IMG/VR virus record: IMGVR_UViG_3300030106_006557
Location: 1 to 53,696 of that record
Strand: one strand, 5' to 3'
Source: a virus
Taxonomy: Duplodnaviria; Caudoviricetes
DNA: 53,696 nucleotides
Notes under the pieces: generated by a model
The model's database searches: none
Seen by the model: the letters and a program-made list of their open reading frames with translations, nothing else
Told to the model about the DNA's origin: nothing
Position numbers and translations under genes: made by a program
Shown here: in pieces, positions 26,904 through 36,892 of the stretch
Numbering within the stretch: the first letter of the stretch is position 1
Layout of the letters: the number at the start of each line of letters is the position of its first letter

Positions 26904-29026
26904 TATTGCCTCCCATCCGGTCTAATATCAACACGAGGTGCCCCTAAACGCCACTGCACTTCAGTGGCGGCACTTTCAATGCGTAGCGCAAAAGAACGAC
27001 CTCGTAACCGGACAAAAGCTTGTTGAGTAAATTGTTCTACCGGGACTGTAGCAGACCGAGTTATTGCCGAAGTTTCTGTGTTTAAATAATTTCCCCCCGG
27101 AAAATTACGAGTTTTAAGAACAAAATTAGCCGCAGGAGCCGTAGAGGTTGAACCATCGAACGTTAAATCTGGTATAACCCGACGCATAAATACAAATTTA
27201 TCTCCGTCCCCTAAATCAATTTGACTTGATTCAACATGAGCTGTAATAGCTTGTGAGGGGCTAGTGCTACCATCATCTAAACCAAACTCGTGATCATACA
27301 AGTAATAATCCGTAGAAGCTGCTATAGGATAATTGTTTATACCCCGATCTACCCACGCGGTACGGTTTAAATTACCATACGCCCAAGTGTTTTCTACATA
27401 GTTAAACAATATGTATCGATCAATTTCCGTAGAACTACCAGAAGGGTAAAACCACCATACTTCATTGTAAGAAGAATTTAAAGAAGCAAACGCCTTGTTT
27501 TTTTCACTTAAATTAAAATCATTAAAAACGTAACTTTTTAAAGTACACGGCAACTTTCTTACTCGCCCATCGTAAACATAAAAATCTTCTAAACCCATCC
27601 AAAACACTAAATCGTCGGAAGCCTTTGCTGTTTCTGGCCCCATAATAGTAATGTTCTCTGATATAAGGTTTATACCAAAGGTAAAAGGTGGCCCCAAAAA
27701 CTGCATAGCGTGTAACGACACATCCGTAAATACCAGTATTTGCTGACGAGTTTCAATGGCTGTAATAATTTCACTGCCCGACCCTATTCGTAAATCACCT
27801 GCGGTATTGGTTACCGTAGCATCCCAAGTAGTGAGGCTTTCTTGACTACTAAATCGTATTAACAAAGGGTCTTGTGTGCCCTCCGCCGTCGCGGGATCGC
27901 AACCAAAAACAATAATGTGTCTGTCCCGATCAGACACAATAACTTTTTTAGCTATTGTTGGAGTGCCTGTGTCTGCCCCTGTGCGAGAAGCCAGAGCTAC
28001 CGCACGAGTGCTCAACCCGTCCGACTTATCCCAATAATAAATACCGCCATCTCGAACATTTATTAGTAGATCTTCGCCAAAATTATCGTGTGTCCATAAC
28101 CGTAACTGTGCCGAGCTTGCCGTGGTGTCTGCCGCAGAATCCCATGTACCTCTGCCCCAAGTGCCTGCACCCCACCCAGTGCCACCAACCACGGTGTTTA
28201 AACCTACGTTAATTTGAAAAACACTCACAATACTTCCACCCCCGTTGCCCGAATCAGAAGCATTGGCAAAAACATAAGAGGGCGTAATAATGCCATCTAC
28301 TAAAATACTAGCAATAGTAGTAGAAGCCGCCCGTGCTTCAAAATAAAAAACAGTATTTGAAGTAACAATAACAATAGGGTATTCTTGGTTTAACACATTT
28401 GCGGTTACGTTACCGCCTAACGTGGCGGCTCCGCTAAAAGTAACAAAATCGCCCTCTACAGCGCCATGTCCGGCACTGCAAGTGGCTTTTATGGTAGCAC
28501 AAAGCACGTCGTCGCTAGAACTATGACTTGCCGCCGTAGTGCTACTAACTCCTCGCACACAACCAATTAAGTTATTACCGCTAACTGCGGCATACGTTAT
28601 TTCTTCAGAGTTTATTTTTATTCTACCCGAAGGAGGAAAATTACTGGAGCTAGTCAAAGGTATTGTAGTTACTGAGGCATCAATCCCTGCGGATAAAGTA
28701 TTTTTTATCGCCGCAAAAACCGTACCCCCCGAAGCTACCGTTGTTCGCACAGGAGTGATGTCGTTGTACTCACCCCCTTCGTTAACATAATATTTAGCGT
28801 TAGTTCCTACGCCAATATACCTACTATTATCTAAAGCCACAAAAGGGTGTAACGCTCGAGCAATACCGTAAAAACTGTTGCTTGATTTTTTTACCCAACC
28901 GCCTATTTTTTCCGGCATTCCTTGTCGAAACCGTATTTTATCGCAATCAAACCAACCGCCTTCATTATCGTAAGAAGTGGTTTCTCGGTTGACTCCGGGT
29001 TTAAATTTTAATTTAGTTAAAGGCAT
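26903..29026 (-). CDS. Tail nozzle / head-closure (stabilisation) protein, beta-propeller-like
   Basis: 707 aa, beta-rich; KPG.NRE, WFDCDKIRF, EVWWFYPS; podovirus synteny. Confidence 0.7.
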   Translation of the reverse strand: MPLTKLKFKPGVNRETTSYDNEGGWFDCDKIRFRQGMPEKIGGWVKKSSNSFYGIARALHPFVALDNSRYIGVGTNAKYYVNEGGEYNDITPVRTTVASGGTVFAAIKNTLSAGIDASVTTIPLTSSSNFPPSGRIKINSEEITYAAVSGNNLIGCVRGVSSTTAASHSSSDDVLCATIKATCSAGHGAVEGDFVTFSGAATLGGNVTANVLNQEYPIVIVTSNTVFYFEARAASTTIASILVDGIITPSYVFANASDSGNGGGSIVSVFQINVGLNTVVGGTGWGAGTWGRGTWDSAADTTASSAQLRLWTHDNFGEDLLINVRDGGIYYWDKSDGLSTRAVALASRTGADTGTPTIAKKVIVSDRDRHIIVFGCDPATAEGTQDPLLIRFSSQESLTTWDATVTNTAGDLRIGSGSEIITAIETRQQILVFTDVSLHAMQFLGPPFTFGINLISENITIMGPETAKASDDLVFWMGLEDFYVYDGRVRKLPCTLKSYVFNDFNLSEKNKAFASLNSSYNEVWWFYPSGSSTEIDRYILFNYVENTWAYGNLNRTAWVDRGINNYPIAASTDYYLYDHEFGLDDGSTSPSQAITAHVESSQIDLGDGDKFVFMRRVIPDLTFDGSTSTAPAANFVLKTRNFPGGNYLNTETSAITRSATVPVEQFTQQAFVRLRGRSFALRIESAATEVQWRLGAPRVDIRPDGRQ

Positions 29027-29527
29027 TTACCATTTCCCTACTTTTTGTCCTGCACTAATAGTAAAATCTACTAAAAACCAAATCATAAACCCTCCAAAAC
29101 CTATAATTACCGCTATCGTTGCATAATAAATAAAATTGTCTATTACTTGTTTTTTTCGTGCCGTTTCTCGTTCTTTTTCTAACTTTTGTTCCCGCATCAT
29201 TGCATGACGGGTTTTTAAAAACTTTTTGTATATCTTAGCTCCATCGGGATACGGTCCCCAATAAAGTTTTTGTTTTATGCTTTCTATTTGTTTTCTGGCG
29301 TTTTCCTCCGCTACTACAATGTCCATAGCTTGCTGGTTTAACGACTTGTTTTTACCCTTGCTTACCTCCTGTTTTGCTTTACTTAATGTTTCAGTATGGT
29401 CAAAAAGTTTACCTAAATCCTTAGTTACATCATTAACATCTTTAGCAGCCGCTATGCCTTTTTTTACTAATTCAGCGGCAGTTTTTACCCCCGCGATTGC
29501 TAACCCAATGCTGGCTGGATCTAACAC
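29027..29527 (-). CDS. Membrane-anchored hypothetical protein
   Basis: C-terminal transmembrane helix. Confidence 0.7.
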   Translation of the reverse strand: MLDPASIGLAIAGVKTAAELVKKGIAAAKDVNDVTKDLGKLFDHTETLSKAKQEVSKGKNKSLNQQAMDIVVAEENARKQIESIKQKLYWGPYPDGAKIYKKFLKTRHAMMREQKLEKERETARKKQVIDNFIYYATIAVIIGFGGFMIWFLVDFTISAGQKVGKW

Positions 29528-29533
29528 TCACTG

Positions 29534-29692
29534 TCACCTCACAACCAACGTCAACAATAGCAGTAACACGGCACCAGTAGCACCCAATAACGTTTTCTCA
29601 ATACGATTAACCTTGTTAAATATTGTTTTCCAGCGTTCATCACACTGCGATTCGTGCTGTTTAAAAGCTATGGTCAATTCTTCAATATTCAT
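29534..29692 (-). CDS. 52-aa XhlA/holin-like protein (not in ORF track)
   Basis: HESQCDERW..I..KVNRIE followed by a hydrophobic C-terminus. Confidence 0.65.
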   Translation of the reverse strand: MNIEELTIAFKQHESQCDERWKTIFNKVNRIEKTLLGATGAVLLLLLTLVVR

Positions 29693-29787
29693 TCTTTAAA
29701 ATCCGTGTATGCCACAAAAACAAGTGCTATTGCAAATCCAACCAGACTTATTCCTGCTAAAACTGTAAATACAATGTCAAAAAACAT
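29689..29787 (-). CDS. 32-aa membrane peptide (not in ORF track)
   Basis: MFFDIVFTVLAGISLVGFAIALVFVAYTDFKE; stop overlaps the next start. Confidence 0.5.
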   Translation of the reverse strand: MFFDIVFTVLAGISLVGFAIALVFVAYTDFKE

Positions 29788-29811
29788 GATTAGTTTGAAA
29801 CAATCCACACA

Positions 29812-31296
29812 TCAACCACTACCCTTAAGAGTTGTTATTTCAGCCTCAAGCGATTCTACTTTTGCTTTCAATTCTTTAATGGATGCCACTAATAACGGAA
29901 TAACATCGGTATATCTAAGTGCTAGATTGTCTGAATCAGATGCGTCTACTGCTTCTGGCAGAACCGCTTGAACATCTTGAGCAATAAGAAATGATCGTCT
30001 AACATCTGTTTCTGTTTTGTATTTACCGATAACAGCCCTGAGTCCATTAACTTTTGTCAGCCCATTTTCGATATTTTCAATAATGTCCTTTTTACGTTCA
30101 TCTGAAGCCGATGCCCAAGAAGTCGAACCACTGCCTAGCTCTACTCCATTTGTATTATTTTGGATCGTTAATTTCCCCGCGTTGACAAATATTTTGTAAG
30201 CCGCGTCCCCAATAAATATCCCCGGATTAAAAGTGCCAGACGCCACTGTAAGGGATTGCGTCATAGTCACTGCCCCCGCCGCGTTTACGCTTATAGCTGT
30301 GGCGTTAGACACGCTTCCGTAATGCCCTCCATCCCGCACTGTCATATCATCTACTTGTACGTCTTGCGAAAACGTCGCTTCGCCATTAGCCGCTATACTC
30401 AGAGCTGTGGCGTTAGACACACTGCCGACATGACCGCCATCCCGAACGGTGAGATCGTCCACTTGCACGTCCTGTGAAAACGTTGTTTCCCCATTTGACG
30501 CAATTGTTATAGCGTCAGTATCACTGGCACTGCCAATGGTCTTGCCGTCGCCAATTACTAAGTCATCTGCTATAGTTAAAAGTCCCGCAGAACTTAAACT
30601 CATTTTTTCAGCCGCCGCTTCCGAACTAGCTGTCTTAAAACTTAACTTGGTAGCATTACTGCTACTGCTAAAATCACCTTCACTTACAGCCTCAATTCCT
30701 GCCGCCACTAATACAGCATCAGTGCCTGTGCCCTCGTCAGGTGCTTGAAAATTTATAACCCCAAGTTTGTCGTCAGCCGCAATATCAGTATCGCCTGTTT
30801 GTAACAACAACGTGGCTGGAGTATCGTCGCTAGTAGAAGGGTTTTTTATGGTCAACTGAGTGGCTATGTTTAAATCAACTAATAAATCGTATACAGCGGC
30901 TCCGCTTCCTGCTCCGTCAGTAGCAATTACTTTAACGTCGCCGTTGGGAATAGTAATGGTAGCTCCTGTGCCTTGTTTGATTGTAATAGCCTTACCATTA
31001 GTCGTGGCATTTTCTATAATCCAAACCTTAGAAACCGTATTCGGCGCAAGCGTAACTGTTCTATCCGCACTAAGCGAAGTAGAAGTTATTTTTAAATAAA
31101 AGGAACGCGCAGAATCTGCCGCACCATCTGCTACCGTAATAGTAGTGTTTGCATCACTGCCCAAGTTTTCTGTGCCGTAACCAAGCGCCTCACCCACTAA
31201 CTCTAAGTTAGTATTGGTGATACTGCCCCATGTGCCAGACTTTTCGCCTGTCGCTATTTCCTCTAATCGAAGATTGTTTACATATGTACTTGCCAT
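29812..31296 (-). CDS. Tail fibre with C-terminal intramolecular chaperone (peptidase S74)
   Basis: SDERKKDI motif, LIAQDV...PEAV, terminal coiled coil; internal 36-aa repeats. Confidence 0.85.
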   Translation of the reverse strand: MASTYVNNLRLEEIATGEKSGTWGSITNTNLELVGEALGYGTENLGSDANTTITVADGAADSARSFYLKITSTSLSADRTVTLAPNTVSKVWIIENATTNGKAITIKQGTGATITIPNGDVKVIATDGAGSGAAVYDLLVDLNIATQLTIKNPSTSDDTPATLLLQTGDTDIAADDKLGVINFQAPDEGTGTDAVLVAAGIEAVSEGDFSSSSNATKLSFKTASSEAAAEKMSLSSAGLLTIADDLVIGDGKTIGSASDTDAITIASNGETTFSQDVQVDDLTVRDGGHVGSVSNATALSIAANGEATFSQDVQVDDMTVRDGGHYGSVSNATAISVNAAGAVTMTQSLTVASGTFNPGIFIGDAAYKIFVNAGKLTIQNNTNGVELGSGSTSWASASDERKKDIIENIENGLTKVNGLRAVIGKYKTETDVRRSFLIAQDVQAVLPEAVDASDSDNLALRYTDVIPLLVASIKELKAKVESLEAEITTLKGSG

Positions 31297-31307
31297 AGTT
31301 TAATCCT

Positions 31308-32075
31308 TTATGCCGCTATTTTTTCCCAATCAGGTGATTGTGACGGTGTGATGGTACTATAACTCGGAGTTTGTGAGGGCACAACCTCCGACCAAACTAA
31401 AACCGCCGATACACCCCCCGTTGCCTGTACTCCCGTAACAGTTACATTAGCGTCACCTGTTACGGTAACTGTCCCTACACTTCCTGTACCCGCCGCTCCC
31501 GTAACCGATACATTAACACCCGCTCCTTCTGTTACCGTTACAGAACCAACTGCGCTAGTGGCCGCTACACCTGTAACCGATACGCTTTGTGCCGTAGAAA
31601 CAGTTGTTGCTCCCACGCTCGCGGTGCCCGCCACACCTGTAACCGATACATTAACGCCTGCACCCTCGGTTATTGACACCGAACCAACTGCGCTAGTGCC
31701 CGCCACTCCCGTAACCGATACATTAACACCCGCGCCTTGCGTAACTGTTACCGAGCCTACGCCGCCCGTACCCGCAAGACCCGTTGCAGAAACATTTGCC
31801 CCTGCGCCTTCGGTTACTGTTACAGACCCAGTACCAGTGGTGCCTGTTGCCCCTGTTGCAGAAACATTAACACCCGCGCCTTCGGTTACTGTTACAGAGC
31901 CTACGCCTCCCGTGCCTGCTACACCTGTAACACTAACCTCTACCCCTAAAGCAGAGTTCCACGCTGATTGACCCCAAGTGCCTCGCCCCCAACCTGTACT
32001 GCCGGTGTTGACTACCTCTTCTTCTTCTCCACTGCTACCTAAAGGGCTACCAAAAAAATCTCCACCAAAAATCAC
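31308..32075 (-). CDS. Gly/Thr/Val repeat fibre-like structural protein
   Basis: About 8 copies of ~24-aa VSVTGVAGT..VGSVTVTEGAGVN; GWGRGTWG. Confidence 0.75.
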   Translation of the reverse strand: MIFGGDFFGSPLGSSGEEEEVVNTGSTGWGRGTWGQSAWNSALGVEVSVTGVAGTGGVGSVTVTEGAGVNVSATGATGTTGTGSVTVTEGAGANVSATGLAGTGGVGSVTVTQGAGVNVSVTGVAGTSAVGSVSITEGAGVNVSVTGVAGTASVGATTVSTAQSVSVTGVAATSAVGSVTVTEGAGVNVSVTGAAGTGSVGTVTVTGDANVTVTGVQATGGVSAVLVWSEVVPSQTPSYSTITPSQSPDWEKIAA

Positions 32076-32078
32076 AGG

Positions 32079-32345
32079 TTATCCTTTCGGGTATTTGTCT
32101 TTTACCGCCTTTATTGTTGCCTTCCAACCATCAATACCATTATGGTAAATGTCGTCTAACTGGTCCTGTATCATCGGATACTCAGCAACCCTCTGGTATT
32201 TATATGTGTCAGGGTCTACCCAAGCATTGACCTTGGTTTCGTCTACGGTTACCTTATTTCCGTCTGCGTCAAATGCGCCCGCTCCATCATCAATGGTTAC
32301 CACGTTACTATATAACGCCCGTATTGCTTTATGTCGATCTACCAT
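32079..32345 (-). CDS. Small tail-fibre-associated protein
   Basis: R..EYP.I.DQLD.IYH.G..GWK..I.AVK.KYPK motif. Confidence 0.75.
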   Translation of the reverse strand: MVDRHKAIRALYSNVVTIDDGAGAFDADGNKVTVDETKVNAWVDPDTYKYQRVAEYPMIQDQLDDIYHNGIDGWKATIKAVKDKYPKG

Positions 32346-33103
32346 TACGCACTTATCTCCATAAGGGTTACACTACTCGCACTCCGAGGGTCTTCTGACG
32401 TGTTGTTATTGTCTCTTGCTGACCGATTCACATAAACAGTGTCGCTACCATTGCCGCCAAAAACCACCTTATATGTTGTTGAGGACGTTGCGGCGGGGCT
32501 ATCTAAAAACGTGAAAGCCGTACTTTCCACCTTGTAACTGTTTGTCATTTGTCCATGCACCGCCACTCTTGGTCTATTGCCTGCGGCGTCGCCAACGTAA
32601 ATATCGGTTGTTCCCCGTTGCACCTTGGCTTTGACTGTTGAGTCACTAGCCGACATGCCCCCCAAGGACACTGTGCCTAGTACCTGACTGGTAGCAGAGA
32701 TAGGCGTAATGCTGGCGGCCAATCCTGTTACATCGGCTAAAGAGCTAGAGGTACTAAAAGTATCTGTTTTTACAACCTGCACCACTTGTAACACTATGCC
32801 TCTGTTTTGCGCGGGTAGTGTAACAAATACGTTTTTTGTTCCTGCCGATAAATCCACCGCACTGCCACTGTTGCTACTGCTAATAATTGTTGTTCTAGCT
32901 AAAGTCGTTCCACTACTGGTGTAAGTTCCAATGCCTACTTCCCACTCGTTCGCTGTTTGATGCTCTATGCCGTAAAAAGTAGTATTGCTGTTGCCAATAA
33001 CCGAAAAAGATTGATACCCCGTTTCTGCCCCTGCAAGGGTTAGAGTCCCCGTGCCCGTTGTGGTGCTGGTCTCCTTAACACGGTCTTTAATTACAAACGC
33101 CAT
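32345..33103 (-). CDS. Tail fibre/spike-related structural protein
   Basis: DRVKET.TTTGTG N-terminal anchor; VLQVV...ITP...TLMEI C-terminal domain. Confidence 0.75.
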   Translation of the reverse strand: MAFVIKDRVKETSTTTGTGTLTLAGAETGYQSFSVIGNSNTTFYGIEHQTANEWEVGIGTYTSSGTTLARTTIISSSNSGSAVDLSAGTKNVFVTLPAQNRGIVLQVVQVVKTDTFSTSSSLADVTGLAASITPISATSQVLGTVSLGGMSASDSTVKAKVQRGTTDIYVGDAAGNRPRVAVHGQMTNSYKVESTAFTFLDSPAATSSTTYKVVFGGNGSDTVYVNRSARDNNNTSEDPRSASSVTLMEISA

Positions 33104-33555
33104 TAAGCAATCCTAATAATAGCCGCTGTTGAACTTGCAGAAGGAAAAACAACGGTAAAGTCACCCGAAGTAGAAGCCTTATCCTCACCAAAGTCTAATA
33201 CAACCACCGTAGGGTTTGTTATAGAAATAGAAGTTGTGTTTGGCGTAGTATTGTAAATTAAAGCCCCTCTAGCCGTTATAGTAGAGGAAGTCCACGTTTC
33301 ATCCGCAAAATCCACTAAAGCAGTGGTGCTGGAAGTAGTGGGGTCTACTGGGTTTAAAGCCTGTCCTGTCGCAGTATAACCTGTGCCAGTAACTTCATTA
33401 CTACTGGTGTAAGCCGTGGTCGCCGCAGTAAAACTCGCACTATTGGTGTACAACGCCATTTTAAACGTATCCCCTGTAGAAGAGTCAAAGTCGTGTGCTC
33501 CAAATAAAATTTCTTTCTTAAAAGAAGTACACATAAAATTTCCAGTAAAAGCCAT
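33103..33555 (-). CDS. Virion structural protein
   Basis: MCTSFK.E, FK.ALYT, ITARGALIYN, VLDFG.DK. Confidence 0.75.
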   Translation of the reverse strand: MAFTGNFMCTSFKKEILFGAHDFDSSTGDTFKMALYTNSASFTAATTAYTSSNEVTGTGYTATGQALNPVDPTTSSTTALVDFADETWTSSTITARGALIYNTTPNTTSISITNPTVVVLDFGEDKASTSGDFTVVFPSASSTAAIIRIA

Positions 33556-33556
33556 G

Positions 33557-33853
33557 CTATAATCTCCTTATTAATTCAGCTAACTGAGGTTGTCCCGCAT
33601 TCTTTAGCTCATTATAAACCGTTGTGCGGTCACTTTTAATAGCTTCTCGCATGTAATGAGCCACTAATTTAGTCATTTGTTCTTTAAACGCTCGTGCTTG
33701 ATCTCTTATTAAAGGATGAGTTTCATCACCTATTGAAATAATTCTGTCCACGCAACGTTGTGCAACCTCTTCAGGAGTGTGCCCCCTGTTGTGAGTAGTC
33801 TGCACCCCTACTACATAATCTTTAGGTATTTCTAAAGTAGCCTGATCACTCAT
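33557..33853 (-). CDS. Conserved hypothetical protein
   Basis: V.TT.NRG.TPEE.A, P.IRDQARAF. Confidence 0.75.
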   Translation of the reverse strand: MSDQATLEIPKDYVVGVQTTHNRGHTPEEVAQRCVDRIISIGDETHPLIRDQARAFKEQMTKLVAHYMREAIKSDRTTVYNELKNAGQPQLAELIRRL

Positions 33854-34503
33854 TATTGTTTGGGCCTTATAACCATTCCAGTTCTATACTCGTCCGTTGT
33901 TTCTTTAGCTTCTCCTAATTGTTTAGCCTCCACCAAAGCTTGTGTAAACCTTTTTTCATAAAGAGCAACCATGTCTTGCTCTCCTTTCATATAAATGTAA
34001 GCTTCAATTAAACTGCCGTATAATAACGCATATGGAGTGTTTTCGCTTAACCACGTCGTACCAGAATCTGCTCCCGCAGTAAGGCTTGTGGGTCTATAGT
34101 AATAATGTAATTCTACCGCGAAATTACTATTAGGCGTAGGACCGATAATAAAATTATCTACATCAAAAACGGCATAGTATTTAGGCAATCCGGTAGTAGC
34201 CGGATTAGGATTGTATGTTTGTACAAAATCAGCATCTTTAAGATCTAAAAAAACTTTTTCACTACTAGCATTAGTGTAAGACAAAGAAAAAGAAGATAAA
34301 TAATCGGGAGGCAAAGCTAAATATTGATTTGAAGAAGTCATAGAGCCTGAAGAGTTTTTTCTAAAAAAGCTTAACTGAACCGTTTTTAAAAGACGTTCTT
34401 CTGCGCCTTTTATAAAATCAGGCAAATGAGTCACAAACGTGGTCTCCGTGTTTTCAGAATAATCTTGTATGGCTGTTTTTAAAGTAGCGTAAGTAAAACT
34501 CAT
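33853..34503 (-). CDS. Head-tail adaptor-like protein
   Basis: TY..LK.AIQDY, G.PKYYA, GPTP, LLYGSL.EA. Confidence 0.7.
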   Translation of the reverse strand: MSFTYATLKTAIQDYSENTETTFVTHLPDFIKGAEERLLKTVQLSFFRKNSSGSMTSSNQYLALPPDYLSSFSLSYTNASSEKVFLDLKDADFVQTYNPNPATTGLPKYYAVFDVDNFIIGPTPNSNFAVELHYYYRPTSLTAGADSGTTWLSENTPYALLYGSLIEAYIYMKGEQDMVALYEKRFTQALVEAKQLGEAKETTDEYRTGMVIRPKQ

Positions 34504-34805
34504 GATATTGTCACCGTCACCGTTCCCACCTGTCCAAACGAAATGACGGGTTTTAGCTCGGGAGCTTCTATTAAAGGGATTCCCACAAAAACCTTTAAAG
34601 GTTCTGTTCTGTCCGGTCGAGGGTTTTTTAAAGCTTGCGCATCTTTTACCTTTCGCAAAGGCAACAATTGCGGTTGTTTAGCTTCCCATTCATCATAACC
34701 AACCAACATTCCCGTCCATTCCATACGCATTCTTCTCAACGGATACCTAAAGCCGGAACGATCTGAAATACCATATGCTTTTTTTCCCGTGGCATATTTA
34801 GCCAT
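34500..34805 (-). CDS. Conserved structural hypothetical protein
   Basis: YA.GK.A.GISDRSGFRY, E.K.PQL, AL.NPRPD. Confidence 0.75.
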   Translation of the reverse strand: MAKYATGKKAYGISDRSGFRYPLRRMRMEWTGMLVGYDEWEAKQPQLLPLRKVKDAQALKNPRPDRTEPLKVFVGIPLIEAPELKPVISFGQVGTVTVTIS

Positions 34806-35473
34806 TAATTTACCCTGTAATAATCTAAGCTAGGAGACACATTAAAAGAAGCCCTGTCTCGATCTTCTGTCATGGCCCGATCTAACTCTTCTTCGTAAAT
34901 AGCTTTTAAAAATTGAATCCGGTTAGGTGCTCTTTTTACAGAAAGGTAGTATGCTAACCCCGCTGCCAAACAAGGATAAAATCGAAAAGGCACTTGCATA
35001 GTGTTTACAGGAGCATCTGCGTCATCAATACGAACCAGTCGATCAAAAATAAATTGATCCGTGCTGTTTTCAGGCGTAGGCCAAACTTTTAAAACAGGCG
35101 TAATTTGCCTGTCTAAAAAAAATTGAGAAGGTCTTCCCGTTTGAGATTTAGTCGGAATGTTTAAATAATCATCTCGACTTAGCCGCGTTATAGAAAAATC
35201 AGTGCTACTACGACGAACCACCGCAGACAAAATATCAATAGTGTCTGCATCTAACGTGTAAGAAGAAGTCCCCGAAACCGCAGTAACCGTGGTTTGAGTT
35301 ATGGTCCATTGATTTAATCCTCGGTTAGCCCAATCCGCTAATAAAAGATTTAAAGATCGTTTAGCTGTTTTAATATCATATCCGGTCCTAACCTCTAAAC
35401 CGCATCGCTCAAAAGCTTCTTCAATGTATTCCGTAACATCTAATTCAAAGTTTTTTGACCCTGAAACAGCCAT
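34805..35473 (-). CDS. Head-tail connector/adaptor protein
   Basis: IEEAFERCG, RSLNLL..DWANRGLN.W, VWPTP. Confidence 0.7.
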   Translation of the reverse strand: MAVSGSKNFELDVTEYIEEAFERCGLEVRTGYDIKTAKRSLNLLLADWANRGLNQWTITQTTVTAVSGTSSYTLDADTIDILSAVVRRSSTDFSITRLSRDDYLNIPTKSQTGRPSQFFLDRQITPVLKVWPTPENSTDQFIFDRLVRIDDADAPVNTMQVPFRFYPCLAAGLAYYLSVKRAPNRIQFLKAIYEEELDRAMTEDRDRASFNVSPSLDYYRVN

Positions 35474-35483
35474 TTTTTATCCT

Positions 35484-35729
35484 TTACTTTGGTTTCTTAA
35501 CCATGCCCCCGCCACGCATCTTCTTAACCATACCCATCTTCTTAACCATACCGCCACCGCGCATTTTTTTAGGTTTTTTAACCGTGCCCCCATCCATCAT
35601 ACCCATCGCCATGTCGTCCGGGTTCTTCTTAACCATACCGCCACCGCGCATTTTTTTTACCATGCCCCCGCCACGCATTTTTTTAGCCCCATGATACGGA
35701 GCTACCTTTACCCTAGACTCCATTGCCAT
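35484..35729 (-). CDS. Basic low-complexity protein with KKMRGGGMV repeats
   Basis: Four 27-bp coding repeats; GGAG RBS. Confidence 0.75.
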   Translation of the reverse strand: MAMESRVKVAPYHGAKKMRGGGMVKKMRGGGMVKKNPDDMAMGMMDGGTVKKPKKMRGGGMVKKMGMVKKMRGGGMVKKPK

Positions 35730-36291
35730 TTTCTAATCTCCTATAAAAAAACTCACGTTTATCATATAATTGTCTAACATTAAACTCTTTATCAAAATAC
35801 TTATAGTACCCCTGCTTCTTTAATTTTTCTGCCGATTCTTGTAACTTACTTAACCTTTGCACAAAAATCATAGCATAAAGGGTCTCTGTTAAAGGCTTAA
35901 ACCCCTCTTCAAAAACTTCTTCTTGGTCTTCGTCTGGGTGAAAACCCATTAACCAAACATCTTTTTGTATAAAAAAACCCTTTGCGATGGCCTCATTCAA
36001 ACCATCAAGGTAACTGTAAAACTTGTCTAAAGGCTCATAACAAGTGTCTGCAATAATAACAAGATCATAAACATCCGTAAAAGTAGAAATAACCGTGTAA
36101 AGGTCTTGATAATGCTCAGAATTTTTAAAAATAACAGTTACTTTGTCCTCTTTCCAAGCTTTTTTAGCAAAAGGACAAGCGGGTAAACCGTTAAAGTTAT
36201 CGTTTCTTACTTCTAAAGCATGTTTAGACCATGCTCTAATTTCATCACATATATCTTTTTGCTCTCCCACATAAAAATTCATCATATTCAT
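35713..36291 (-). CDS. DUF1415-like hypothetical protein
   Basis: CPFAK and GFHP motifs. Confidence 0.55.
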   Translation of the reverse strand: MNMMNFYVGEQKDICDEIRAWSKHALEVRNDNFNGLPACPFAKKAWKEDKVTVIFKNSEHYQDLYTVISTFTDVYDLVIIADTCYEPLDKFYSYLDGLNEAIAKGFFIQKDVWLMGFHPDEDQEEVFEEGFKPLTETLYAMIFVQRLSKLQESAEKLKKQGYYKYFDKEFNVRQLYDKREFFYRRLENGNGV

Positions 36292-36617
36292 GCGTACAAG
36301 GTCCTTTTCCTACGATCTTCCATAACAACACCACACCCTTTGTTTAGACGACGACTGCCTTTAATTTCACCACCCGTTGCCGCTCTTACCTTTGCTTTTT
36401 TAGTATTCGCTACAAACTGTTTTCCTTTAGACCCTTCTCTTTTTTTCTTTCTAGCTGTTTTTGCTCTTTCTTCTTTAGACAAACTATTAGCTTTTGCTCT
36501 AGGTAAACAACGATCCGGGTTTTTTTTGTTTTTAGAGGTGCCGCACTCTCCTTTTATATTGCCTTGGCTATCTATTCTTACCCAATCTTGTTTTAACCAT
36601 TGCTTTAATTGACCCAT
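36288..36617 (-). CDS. Small basic virion-module protein
   Basis: L..W.KQDWV, CLP..KA.SLS..ER..T..KK. Confidence 0.8.
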   Translation of the reverse strand: MGQLKQWLKQDWVRIDSQGNIKGECGTSKNKKNPDRCLPRAKANSLSKEERAKTARKKKREGSKGKQFVANTKKAKVRAATGGEIKGSRRLNKGCGVVMEDRRKRTLYA

Positions 36618-36892
36618 TATTTTTTCTTTCTTTTGCTTTTTTTAGCATAATTAGGGTCTTTACAATATTTAGACGCTGCTAAATTAGCGTAAGCCGACGG
36701 ATATTTATCAAAGGTTCTTTTTGCCCACGCTTTACCTTCCGGACAAATTTTTCCTTTAGATTTAACCGCACCCCCACTAGCTAATTTAATAACTCCGCAA
36801 GCAGAAGCCGGAACACGGGTGCCCTGCTTTACTTTACTACCACGCCTTACACGACCAGTATCGGGCTGTAAATTTATCTTTAGCTGTATCAC
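36617..36892 (-). CDS. Small basic protein (start uncertain)
   Basis: KICPEGKAWAKRTFD.YPSAYAN core; only GTG 36892 or TTG 36964 available in frame. Confidence 0.6.
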   Translation of the reverse strand: MIQLKINLQPDTGRVRRGSKVKQGTRVPASACGVIKLASGGAVKSKGKICPEGKAWAKRTFDKYPSAYANLAASKYCKDPNYAKKSKRKKK

